A DNA stretch of 64,000 nucleotides from an uncultured Planktotalea sp. (GTDB lineage Bacteria > Pseudomonadota > Alphaproteobacteria > Rhodobacterales > Rhodobacteraceae): contig CBDUJY010000006.1 of assembly GCA_965367685.1 (NCBI GenBank), positions 92,773 to 156,772 on the forward strand. The letters run 5' to 3'. Below the pieces are notes generated by a model. It did no database searches. It had not been told where the DNA came from and was given only the letters and a program-made list of their open reading frames with translations. Every line of letters starts with the position of its first letter. The first letter of the stretch is position 1. The translations under genes and the position numbers were made by a program. Below, piece by piece: positions 26,497 to 34,797 of this stretch.

Positions 26497-28554
26497 TTAG
26501 GCAAGCAACGCTTTGGCCTTTGCCGCCACATTGTCAGACGTGATGCCGAATTTCTCGTACAAAACGTCGGCCGGTGCAGAGGCGCCAAACCCGGTCATGC
26601 CGACGAAATCTGCTTTGTTTTCGCGGCCACGTTCGCCCAAAAGCCAACGATCCCAGCCGCCATCGCGCACAGCCGCTTCCACGCCCACACGGACGGGGCC
26701 AGCGGGCAGAACTTTACGGCGATACGCCTCATCTTGCTGGGCGAAAAGCTCCATGCAGGGCATGGAGACTACGCGGGTTCCGATGCCTTCAGCCTCCAGT
26801 TTCGCACGGGCGTCCATCGCCATGGATACTTCGGATCCGGTGGCGATCAAGATCACCTGACGCTTGCCGCATTCTGCATCCGCCAGCACGTAAGCCCCTT
26901 GTGCAACAAGGTTTTTCTGCTTGTACTCGGTGCGCAGGGTCGGCAGGTTTTGACGGGTCAGAACCATGGTTGAGGGCACGGTTTTCTCGGTCAACGCAAT
27001 TTCCCAAGCCTCTGCCGTCTCGGCCGTATCGGCGGGACGGAAGGTAAAGCTGTTGGGGGTCGCGCGACAGATTGACAGGTGTTCAACCGGTTGGTGGGTT
27101 GGGCCATCTTCGCCCACGCCGATGCTGTCATGGGTCATGACAAACACGGTTGGGATGCCCATCAGGGCCGCCAGACGCATCGCAGGTCGCGCGTAATCGG
27201 TGAAGCAGAAGAAGGTGCCGCCATAAGGGCGCATTCCGCCGTGCAGCGCCATGCCGTTCATCGCCGCCGCCATACCGTGTTCGCGGATGCCCCAATAGAC
27301 GTAACGCCCTTTGCGGTTGTCGGTGTCAAACACGCCAAGGTCGCCGGTTTTGGTGTTGTTTGAACCGGTCAAATCAGCGGACCCGCCAACGGTTTCCCCC
27401 ATCACCGGGTTGATCACTTCCAGCGCCATTTCGGAGGATTTCCGGGTGGCAACTTTGGGCTGTTCTTCGGCCACTTGCTTTTTCAGTTGGCGCACAACGC
27501 CGGATAATTTCTTAGGCGCATCAAGGGCATAGGCGCGATTGAACTCGGCCTGTTTGCGTTCTGAAATGCTGGCAAAACGGGTTTCCCAAGCGGCGCGCTC
27601 GTTGGTGCCGCGTGTGCCGATGGCTTCCCAAGCGGCTTTCACATCGGCCGGAATGGTGAAGGGTTCAAGCGGGCAACCGTAGGCTTCTTTTGCGGCTTTC
27701 ATCTGCTCAGGATCAGTCAGCGCGCCGTGGCCTTTTGAGGTGTCCTGTGCGGCGTGACCCAGCGCGATATGCGTTTTACACGCGATCATCGACGGCTTTT
27801 TGGTGGTCTTGGCTTTGGTGATGGCGGCGTCGATTTCTTCGGGGTTGTGCCCGTCGATTTCAATCACATGCCAGCCAGAGGCCTTAAAGCGCTGGACTTG
27901 GTTGGTGCGGTCGGACAGCGACACTTTGCCATCAATGGTGATGTCGTTGTTGTCCCAGAACACAATCAGTTTGCCCAGCTCATGACGGCCCGCAAGGCCG
28001 ATCGCTTCTTGGCTGATGCCTTCCATCAGGCAACCGTCGCCCGCAATCACGTAAGTATAGTGATCGACGATCTTTTTGCCGTAACGGGCGCGCTGAATTT
28101 CCTCAGCCATGGCGAAACCCACAGCGTTTGAAATGCCCTGACCCAGCGGGCCGGTGGTGGTTTCAACGCCGGATACATGGCCAAATTCTGGGTGGCCTGC
28201 TGTGATCGCGCCCCACTGGCGGAAGTTTTTAAGCTGCTCAAGCGTCACGTCTTCATAGCCGGTCAGGTGCAGCAGTGAATAGATCAGCATCGAGCCGTGG
28301 CCCGCCGACAGGATGAACCGATCACGGTCCGCCCAACGCGGCGCTGATGCGTCAAACTTCAGGTGGTTCTCAAAAAGTACCGTGGCAACATCCGCCATGC
28401 CCATCGGCATGCCAGAGTGACCGGAATTGGCCGCAGCAACCGCATCCAGCGTCAAGGCGCGGATAGCAGCAGCTTTGTTCCAGTGGTCAGGGTGGTTCGA
28501 GCGAAGTGTAGCGATATCCAAGGCCCAGATCCTTTGGCTAGGGAAGGTTTCCAT
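26497..28554 (-). CDS. tkt: Transketolase
   Basis: Track ORF is 715 aa. I trimmed to METFPSQ (ATG, complement 28552-54). A TTG at complement 28519-21 giving (M)[13 protein letters not shown] with an AAGGA RBS is equally plausible. Motifs: [21 protein letters not shown]. Confidence 0.92.
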   Translation of the reverse strand: METFPSQRIWALDIATLRSNHPDHWNKAAAIRALTLDAVAAANSGHSGMPMGMADVATVLFENHLKFDASAPRWADRDRFILSAGHGSMLIYSLLHLTGYEDVTLEQLKNFRQWGAITAGHPEFGHVSGVETTTGPLGQGISNAVGFAMAEEIQRARYGKKIVDHYTYVIAGDGCLMEGISQEAIGLAGRHELGKLIVFWDNNDITIDGKVSLSDRTNQVQRFKASGWHVIEIDGHNPEEIDAAITKAKTTKKPSMIACKTHIALGHAAQDTSKGHGALTDPEQMKAAKEAYGCPLEPFTIPADVKAAWEAIGTRGTNERAAWETRFASISERKQAEFNRAYALDAPKKLSGVVRQLKKQVAEEQPKVATRKSSEMALEVINPVMGETVGGSADLTGSNNTKTGDLGVFDTDNRKGRYVYWGIREHGMAAAMNGMALHGGMRPYGGTFFCFTDYARPAMRLAALMGIPTVFVMTHDSIGVGEDGPTHQPVEHLSICRATPNSFTFRPADTAETAEAWEIALTEKTVPSTMVLTRQNLPTLRTEYKQKNLVAQGAYVLADAECGKRQVILIATGSEVSMAMDARAKLEAEGIGTRVVSMPCMELFAQQDEAYRRKVLPAGPVRVGVEAAVRDGGWDRWLLGERGRENKADFVGMTGFGASAPADVLYEKFGITSDNVAAKAKALLA

Positions 28555-28759
28555 GGGGTTTAACAGTGATTTTGCGTGGGTCAAGCCAAGGTAAGCCACT
28601 TGGGCCAAGTCTTTGGAAAAGAGGGCACAAACCAAGGGGCGCATTTCCCAAACGCTTTGGCTAATATGGGCTCAATTCCCCGCAAATGGCGATTCGCCTT
28701 GCCTTTGCGCCGATGACAGCCAAAGGTCGGGGGCAACGTGATAGTAAACAGGGCAGAGA

Positions 28760-29254
28760 ATGAGCGATATTTCCGAACTGGAGACACGCATCACCACCGC
28801 GCTGGAACGCATCAGCGCCGGATTGGGCGCGCTTGCACCAGCAGGGGCCAGTGAGCCGGGCGAAGTGGCGGCATTGACCGCGGCGCTAGAGGAAGAGCGC
28901 ACCGTGAATGCGCAACTCGAAGAGCGCGTGAGGGCGATTAAAGAAAAGCAAGACAGCACCGTTCAAACCTTGGCCGCTGAGGCTGAGCGTCTGCGGGTGC
29001 TGTTGGACACTGAGGAAAAAACCTTGGCCAAGCTGCGGCAGGTCAATCAGGATCTTCGGTCCAACAACGACGCGCTGCGCCAAGCGGTAAGTCAAGGCGT
29101 GGCGGAACCCCATCTGATCAACAAATCCATGATGGCCGAGCTGGAAGGCCTGCGCGCGGCACAAAACGCCGACCGCGTGGAACTGGATGCGGTGCTGGGC
29201 GAATTGACCGGATTGATTGCAGACACCAACGCCAAGGAGAGTGCTGATGCCTGA
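28760..29254 (+). CDS. DUF4164 coiled-coil protein (ZauP-like partner of ZapA)
   Basis: 164 aa with heptad-rich sequence (LEERVRAIKEKQDS..LRVLLDTEEKTLAKLRQVNQDLR). The stop overlaps the zapA start. Confidence 0.7.
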   Translation: MSDISELETRITTALERISAGLGALAPAGASEPGEVAALTAALEEERTVNAQLEERVRAIKEKQDSTVQTLAAEAERLRVLLDTEEKTLAKLRQVNQDLRSNNDALRQAVSQGVAEPHLINKSMMAELEGLRAAQNADRVELDAVLGELTGLIADTNAKESADA

Positions 29255-29633
29255 CGTGATTATCAAAATCGGCGGACGCGAATTTGATGTGGCTTGCCAA
29301 GAAGGCGAAGAGCATTTCCTGAAATCTGCGGCGGCGATGCTCGACATCGAAGCGTCAGTTCTGGTGGGGCAGATTGCGCATCTGACCGAAAGCCGTCTGT
29401 TGTTGATGTCCGGCCTGATGCTGGCCGATAAAACCGCCGGGTTGGACGACAAATTGAAGATCGCTGAAAAGCAAATTGCGGATTTGCAGGCTGAAATGTC
29501 GGCGTTGAAATCGGCTGAACCTGTGAAGGTTGAAGTGCCGGTGATCCCCGCGTCTGTGACCGACAGTCTGGCAGAAATTGCTGCGCGCGCCGAGGCGATG
29601 GCCGCATCGGTTGAGGAAAAAGCTGCGGGTTAA
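29247..29633 (+). CDS. zapA: Cell division protein ZapA
   Basis: Trimmed to MPDVIIKIGGREFDVACQEGEEHFLKSAA, a ZapA N-terminal domain, with a coiled-coil tail. Confidence 0.8.
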   Translation: MPDVIIKIGGREFDVACQEGEEHFLKSAAAMLDIEASVLVGQIAHLTESRLLLMSGLMLADKTAGLDDKLKIAEKQIADLQAEMSALKSAEPVKVEVPVIPASVTDSLAEIAARAEAMAASVEEKAAG

Positions 29634-29667
29634 CTGTCTGAGACTCGCTGAAATAAAGTGGAAATGA

Positions 29668-29700
29668 AAAAGGGCGACCCATTTGGATCGCCCTTTTTTG
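29668..29700. terminator. Bidirectional rho-independent terminator between zapA and grxD
   Basis: AAAAAGGGCGA-cccatttgga-TCGCCCTTTTTT. Confidence 0.85.
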
Positions 29701-29716
29701 ATGGCTTCTGAACAGC

Positions 29717-30079
29717 TTACGCGTTGGCTTCGCGAATTTTGTCTGCGGCGTCTTTTGAAAACGTCACGCCATTGTCGTCAAACAACGTGTCCAACTCGCC
29801 CGACAGCATCATTTCAGTGATGATGTCACAGCCGCCGACAAATTCGCCTTTGACGTAAAGCTGTGGGATGGTTGGCCAGTCAGAATACTCTTTGATGCCC
29901 GAACGGATGTCTTCGTCTGCCAGCACATTCACATCAGCGTAATCCACGCTCATGAAGTTCAAAACACCCGCCACGCGCGAGGAGAACCCGCACTGCGGCG
30001 CATCTTTTGTGCCTTTCATGTAAAGCACAACGTCGTTGCCTTTTACGGTTTCTTCGATACGGGTTTTTGCGTCAGTCAT
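29717..30079 (-). CDS. grxD: Monothiol (Grx4-type) glutaredoxin
   Basis: 120 aa with the CGFS active site ([10 protein letters not shown]). Confidence 0.93.
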   Translation of the reverse strand: MTDAKTRIEETVKGNDVVLYMKGTKDAPQCGFSSRVAGVLNFMSVDYADVNVLADEDIRSGIKEYSDWPTIPQLYVKGEFVGGCDIITEMMLSGELDTLFDDNGVTFSKDAADKIREANA

Positions 30080-30214
30080 TTTTCGTCCAGTTTTTTTGCA
30101 CTTGCCTGCGTGCGCGGGCTTTGTTGAGGTGGTGGATCACAAGGCCAGAGAGGCCAATGATCAATAAGATTGCGAAGCCCGCACCGATGAATGCGAATGC
30201 TCCTAAGCGGCCTA

Positions 30215-30451
30215 TTACTCCGGCGCCTTTGTCGTCAGGGCCAGCGCGTGCAGCTCTCCGCTGTTGATCTGTGCCTTCACCGTGGCATTGACCGCGCGTT
30301 GTTGTTGCACGCGGTTCATGCCGCGAAAGCTTTCGTCGATGACTTCTGCGGCCCAGTGGTTTCCGTCACCCGCAAGGTCGGTGATGGTGATCTGGGCGTC
30401 GGGAAATCCCGCGCGGATCAGGTCTTCGATCTGTTGCGCTTCCATGGCCAT
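30215..30451 (-). CDS. bolA: BolA family protein
   Basis: 78 aa. DGNHWAAEVIDESFRGMNRVQQQRAV..ELHALAL is BolA-like. The classic bolA-grxD pairing. Confidence 0.85.
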   Translation of the reverse strand: MAMEAQQIEDLIRAGFPDAQITITDLAGDGNHWAAEVIDESFRGMNRVQQQRAVNATVKAQINSGELHALALTTKAPE

Positions 30452-30565
30452 GTGGCGTGATCCTTTATCAAGTCGCGTTTGGGGTAAATCTAGGTCGGCG
30501 GGGCGGTGGCTTCAAGGTAAGAAGCGATGTTTTACGATTGACCGGGGGTGGTCTGTTGGAATTTC

Positions 30566-30621
30566 AAAACTAGAAAACTAGAAAACTAGAAAACTAGAAA
30601 ACTAGAAAACTAGAAAACTAG
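30566..30621. repeat. Perfect 8-bp tandem repeat (AAAACTAG) x7, ending in the palindrome GAAAACTAGTTTTC
   Basis: Read directly from the sequence. 115-170 nt upstream of the bolA ATG and 25 nt downstream of the Cys-rich gene's stop. Confidence 0.95.
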
Positions 30622-30645
30622 TTTTCCGGTATTTGTCGCCTTTCC

Positions 30646-31179
30646 TTACTTGCGCGCATAGGCACTTTGGAACGAGCGCAGGGTCTTTTGCATGTTCCCA
30701 AACATCCCGGCGGCTTCTGCCTCAATCAACCCCTCAGCCGTCCATCCATTCTTAGGTGCCAGCGTTGCTAGCGCGGTCTGGCGTGCGGTTTCTTGACCTT
30801 CGTCAAGCGGCAAGGAATTGGCAAGGGTGAACACTTCGATCAGGTCATGCACACGGCGCAGGCGTCGATAGGTTTCCGCCATCTCGGCCTTTAACGCCGG
30901 GCTGTCGCGCCAGTGTTTTCCGGGGTAAACCACTTGTGTCAGATACTGCCCCGCGCCCTTGCAATCAAAGGCCCCACAGGCGGCAAACCCGTGCCAGTCA
31001 AGATTGCGGTAAATCTTACAGCGGTCTTTGTCATTCAGATGCGGGCAGGGGGTCAGGGCGGGTTTGCTCAGCGCAAATTCCGCCCCTTTTTCAAAGCTGG
31101 GGGCCACACAACAGATGCCCATGCAGGCCGAGCAATCGGCGGTCAGCGCGGGAATTTGCGTGGGGCCCCCCTCAGCCAT
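30646..31179 (-). CDS. Cysteine-cluster protein (possibly YkgJ / CxxCxxCC zinc-or-iron-chelating family)
   Basis: 177 aa. N-terminal CSACMGICC, then further Cys residues (CPHLNDKDRCKIY, CGAFDC). The start shares one base with the purL stop (TAATG). Confidence 0.45.
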   Translation of the reverse strand: MAEGGPTQIPALTADCSACMGICCVAPSFEKGAEFALSKPALTPCPHLNDKDRCKIYRNLDWHGFAACGAFDCKGAGQYLTQVVYPGKHWRDSPALKAEMAETYRRLRRVHDLIEVFTLANSLPLDEGQETARQTALATLAPKNGWTAEGLIEAEAAGMFGNMQKTLRSFQSAYARK

Positions 31180-33338
31180 TAACGGTGCGCCTTGTCAAAA
31201 CCGGTGCGGTAAATCTCGGCCAGTTCTTCCAATGTTGCTTCTGAGCTGCCCAGTTTCACAGTGTTGCCAGTAAAGCGCCCGACAGAGGTCAGTGTCACGC
31301 CCGCTTGACCCGCAGCCAGCATCAAGCCTTCGGCCTGATCAAAGTTCAGCGCCACAAGATAACGGCCTTGATCTTCGCCAAAGAGCGTTGGGGTGTCAGA
31401 GGCGTCCAATTGTACGCCAACGCCCCCCGCCTCAGCCATTTCAAACGCCGCCATCGCCAGACCACCGTCTGAGATGTCGGTGCAGGCTTTGATCAGGTCA
31501 CGGTTGCCCCGGATGAACTCGCCGTTCTTTTTCTCAAGGTCCAGATCCACATGCGGCGCGTCGCCGTCTTCGCGGTTAAAGACTTCGGCCAGCAGGGCAG
31601 ATTGGCCCAAATGCCCTTCCATATCGCCGATCATCATCGCAACATGGCCGTCACGTGCATCGCCACCGATAAGGTCTTCAAGACTATCAAGCAGGCCAAC
31701 GGCACCGATGGTTGGGGTTGGCAGAATGCCTTGCCCGTCGGTTTCATTGTAAAGCGAAACGTTGCCCGACACGATCGGCACATCAAGGGCCGCCACCGCT
31801 TCGCCAATGCCTTTGATCGCGCCCACAAACTGGCCCATAATCTCGGGCTTTTCGGGGTTGCCGAAGTTCAGGTTGTCGGTTGTTGCCAAGGGCTTGGCGC
31901 CCACGGCGGTCAGGTTACGGTACGCTTCTGCCACCGCCTGTTTGCCGCCTTCAAACGGGTTGGCTTTCACATAGCGCGGGGTCACGTCCGAGGTGAATGC
32001 CAGCGCCTTGTTGGTGCCATGCACGCGCACAATGCCTGCGCCCAGACCCGGTGCGCGCACGGTGTCGCCCATGACCATATGGTCGTATTGCTCATACACC
32101 CAGTTTTTGGCGGCATAGTTGGGCGACCCCAACAGCGCCTTCAGCCCGTCGATGCCGTCAATTTCTGGCACATCCGCAAGCGGGTCCACGGCAGGGGTTT
32201 CCACCCATGGGCGGTCGTATTCCGGCGCGCGGCCAGACAGGGGTGATAGGGGCAGGTCGGCCTTCACTTCGCCGTTGTGCAGGATCAAAAAGCGATCATC
32301 TGGCAGGGTCTCGCCAACGATGGCAAAGTCCAGATCCCATTTTTCAAACACCGCGCGGGCGGCGTCTTCCAGATTGGGGTTCAGCACCATCAACATGCGT
32401 TCCTGAGATTCTGACAACATCATCTCATAGGCGGTCATATTTTCTTCGCGTTGGGGCACATCTTCGAGTTTCAGCTTGACGCCAAGCCCGCCTTTGTCGC
32501 CCATTTCAACGGCAGAACAGGTCAGGCCCGCGGCCCCCATATCCTGAATTGAAATCACCGCGCCGGTTTGCATCAGCTCTAGCGTGGCTTCCATCAGGCG
32601 CTTTTCGGTGAAGGGATCCCCGACCTGAACGGTGGGACGTTTGTCTTCAATTGTGTCGTCAAATTCAGCCGACGCCATGGTGGCGCCACCCACACCGTCG
32701 CGGCCGGTTTTGGCACCCAGATACACAACCGGCATGCCCACACCGCTGGCGGCCGAGTAGAAAATCTTGTCGGTGTCTGCAAGACCCGCCGCAAAGGCGT
32801 TCACAAGGCAGTTGCCGTTATAGGCTGGGTGAAAGCGCACTTCGCCGCCCACATTGGGGACGCCGAAACAGTTGCCGTATCCACCAACACCTTCAACCAC
32901 ACCATTCACCAGTGTTTTGGTTTTGGGGTGGTCAATTTCGCCAAACGACAGCGAGTTCATCGCCGCAATGGGGCGCGCGCCCATGGTAAAGACATCGCGC
33001 AGAATGCCGCCCACACCGGTGGCCGCACCTTGATAGGGTTCGATATACGACGGGTGGTTGTGGCTTTCCATTTTGAACACCACGGCCTGACCGTCGCCAA
33101 TATCAACGATGCCCGCGTTTTCGCCCGGGCCACAGATCACTTGGGGGCCTTCGGTAGGCAGGGTGCGCAGCCATTTCTTTGACGATTTATACGAGCAATG
33201 TTCGTTCCACATCGCCGAGAAGATGCCCAGTTCGGTAAAGCTTGGCTCACGTCCGATGATTTCAAGAAGCAGGTCATATTCGTCGGGCTTCAGCCCATGG
33301 GCTTCGATCAGGTCGGTGGTGATGGCTGGTTCTTGCAT
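31179..33338 (-). CDS. purL: Phosphoribosylformylglycinamidine synthase subunit PurL
   Basis: Trimmed to [21 protein letters not shown]. About 719 aa. SHNHPS motif ([21 protein letters not shown]). Confidence 0.93.
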   Translation of the reverse strand: MQEPAITTDLIEAHGLKPDEYDLLLEIIGREPSFTELGIFSAMWNEHCSYKSSKKWLRTLPTEGPQVICGPGENAGIVDIGDGQAVVFKMESHNHPSYIEPYQGAATGVGGILRDVFTMGARPIAAMNSLSFGEIDHPKTKTLVNGVVEGVGGYGNCFGVPNVGGEVRFHPAYNGNCLVNAFAAGLADTDKIFYSAASGVGMPVVYLGAKTGRDGVGGATMASAEFDDTIEDKRPTVQVGDPFTEKRLMEATLELMQTGAVISIQDMGAAGLTCSAVEMGDKGGLGVKLKLEDVPQREENMTAYEMMLSESQERMLMVLNPNLEDAARAVFEKWDLDFAIVGETLPDDRFLILHNGEVKADLPLSPLSGRAPEYDRPWVETPAVDPLADVPEIDGIDGLKALLGSPNYAAKNWVYEQYDHMVMGDTVRAPGLGAGIVRVHGTNKALAFTSDVTPRYVKANPFEGGKQAVAEAYRNLTAVGAKPLATTDNLNFGNPEKPEIMGQFVGAIKGIGEAVAALDVPIVSGNVSLYNETDGQGILPTPTIGAVGLLDSLEDLIGGDARDGHVAMMIGDMEGHLGQSALLAEVFNREDGDAPHVDLDLEKKNGEFIRGNRDLIKACTDISDGGLAMAAFEMAEAGGVGVQLDASDTPTLFGEDQGRYLVALNFDQAEGLMLAAGQAGVTLTSVGRFTGNTVKLGSSEATLEELAEIYRTGFDKAHR

Positions 33339-33507
33339 CTGGTGCGGATCCCCTTTTGGTGCGCCGCGCATGCCCCCCTAACGTGGTCCGGCCCGCGTGC
33401 GCATTGGCAGTTGCGGCCTCTCTTATGGGAAAAGGGGCGGCTAGGGAAGCCTGCCCATGCAATCCGCATAGATTCAATGCGCGAATGTCATGCGAAGGGC
33501 GGCGTTT

Positions 33508-33557
33508 ATGGGGGGATATTGTTGTTGGAAAAAAAAGAGGCCGGGCAGCGCCCGGCC
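33508..33557. repeat. Dispersed intergenic repeat, copy E (variant: arm fused directly to the hairpin)
   Basis: GGGGGGATATTGTTGTTGGAAAAAAAAGAGG + GGCCGGGCAGCGCCCGGCC. On the minus strand this reads as an intrinsic terminator. Confidence 0.6.
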
Positions 33558-33610
33558 AAAGTCCAACAGGGAGGTAAAAACCGAGAGGCCTAAGCCCCGT
33601 GTTCGGCTTT
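33529..33610 (-). ncRNA. Candidate small RNA (about 80 nt): 5' hairpin, single-stranded UACCUCCCUGUUGG, then intrinsic terminator
   Basis: The minus strand has a sigma70-like promoter: TTGAAC (33645-40), 17-nt spacer, TAAATC (33622-17). The terminator is GGCCGGGC-gct-GCCCGGCC followed by TCTTTTTTTT (33557-33529). No conservation or expression data are available. Confidence 0.3.
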
Positions 33611-33735
33611 GGATTAGATTTAGGCGGCGTTGCGCACCCGTTCAAGGGTAAATGCTGCATTGCGGCTATGCGCCGCGCGCATGGCTTGTGCGGGATGTGC
33701 CGGTCGTCAGGGGGATTTCTGTTCAACCCGTTTTT

Positions 33736-34632
33736 CTATCTTGTTTTTTGCCGTTTTCGCTGTGCAATGATCTCTTCCGTGACAAAATCGCGGAAGGCGG
33801 CAATGCGCTTGGCGGATCGCAATTCCTCAGGATAGGCGAGATACACGGGGATGTCTTTGCTTTCGGCTTCGGGCAGCACACGTTTCAGGTCTGGAAAATC
33901 TTGGATGATGTAGTCGGGCAGAACGCCGATGCCCAGACCGTTTAATGTCGCCTGAAGCACCCCGAAATAATTGTTCACCGTCAGGCTGGATTTCACGCCG
34001 TATGCCAACAGTTCCTGGACCAAAGCGGCCCCCGCGCTGACTTGTGCGGCAGATGCGCTTTGGCAAATGATTTTATGTTTGGTCAGATCCTCAAGCGTTT
34101 CCGGTTCTCCGTGGCTTTCCAGATAGCTTGGGGCGGCGTAAAGGCGCATATGCACATCCATCAGCCGCTTGCGGATCAGGTCCGCTTGGCTGGGTTCTTT
34201 CATGCGGATCGCCACGTCGGCTTCGCGCATCGGCAGGTCCAGAACCCGTTCTTCCAACATCAGATCAATCGACAGATCGGGGTATTGTTCATAAAGCTTG
34301 GGCAGGCGCGGGGCGAGCCAGAGCGAGCCAAAGGCGGTGGTTGTGGTTACGCGCAACTCGCCAAACACCTCTTCTTTGCTGTCACGAATGCGCGCCACGG
34401 CGGCCTCAAGCCGGTGGGTCATGGCGTTGGTGGCATCAAACAGCAATTCGCCCTGTTCGGTAAGAATCAGCCCGCGCGCATGGCGGTGAAACAGGGTGGC
34501 ATTCAGGCTTTCTTCAAGCGCCCGGATCTGGCGTGACACCGCAGATTGCGACAAATGCAACGCGTCACCCGCGTGGGTCAGGGACCCCGCATCCGCAACC
34601 GCGTGAAATATTCTGAGTTTATCCCAATCCAT
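33736..34632 (-). CDS. LysR family transcriptional regulator (divergent from the oxidoreductase gene)
   Basis: 298 aa. MDWDKLRIFHAVADAGSLTHAGDALHLSQSAVSRQIRALE. Confidence 0.9.
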   Translation of the reverse strand: MDWDKLRIFHAVADAGSLTHAGDALHLSQSAVSRQIRALEESLNATLFHRHARGLILTEQGELLFDATNAMTHRLEAAVARIRDSKEEVFGELRVTTTTAFGSLWLAPRLPKLYEQYPDLSIDLMLEERVLDLPMREADVAIRMKEPSQADLIRKRLMDVHMRLYAAPSYLESHGEPETLEDLTKHKIICQSASAAQVSAGAALVQELLAYGVKSSLTVNNYFGVLQATLNGLGIGVLPDYIIQDFPDLKRVLPEAESKDIPVYLAYPEELRSAKRIAAFRDFVTEEIIAQRKRQKTR

Positions 34633-34797
34633 GAAGCAAGAACCAATAAGCTGTTAGCGCGAAATCATTTCCGTTCTGTTATCCTCAAATTCATCACATT
34701 TGCCAATGGGGAATACACGTAGAAATGATTTGTTAGGTCAGAGTTTTTGACCTATTATACCCCCAAGCCAGATATCCATTTCGTCAGGGAGGGCGCC

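Noticed and set aside
26497-28644. Long N-terminal extensions of track ORFs (tkt 715 aa; also the dctP, acd, mmsA, gltA, murI, ccmF, EamA, DUF808, purL, IOR and other ORFs)
   Set aside because: Family-typical N-termini, RBS positions, signal peptides or upstream terminators or repeats inside the extensions favour internal starts. The coordinates given are my best estimates, not verified.
29634-29716. Expected a 6S RNA (ssrS) downstream of zapA, as in many proteobacteria
   Set aside because: Only 83 nt separate zapA from the convergent grxD, and most of it is a terminator hairpin. That is too short for a 6S RNA of about 160-180 nt.
30080-30214. Open frame between bolA and grxD encoding a TM-like peptide (..[46 protein letters not shown]) whose stop overlaps the grxD ATG
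   Set aside because: No ATG or GTG start and no RBS in frame; the only candidate is an internal TTG giving about 30 aa. It may be real but cannot be supported from sequence alone.
30566-30621. CRISPR array interpretation of the 8-bp tandem repeat (and of the TTTAAA repeats at 26313..26414)
   Set aside because: The units are far too short, contiguous or irregularly spaced, without unique spacers. No cas genes are present in the window.
33339-33528. Possible purine/ZTP-type riboswitch in the purL leader
   Set aside because: By eye I could not find the conserved ZTP (..GGGUCGUGAC..CCGCCUGGGC) or purine-riboswitch junction sequences. This needs an Infernal/Rfam scan to exclude properly.
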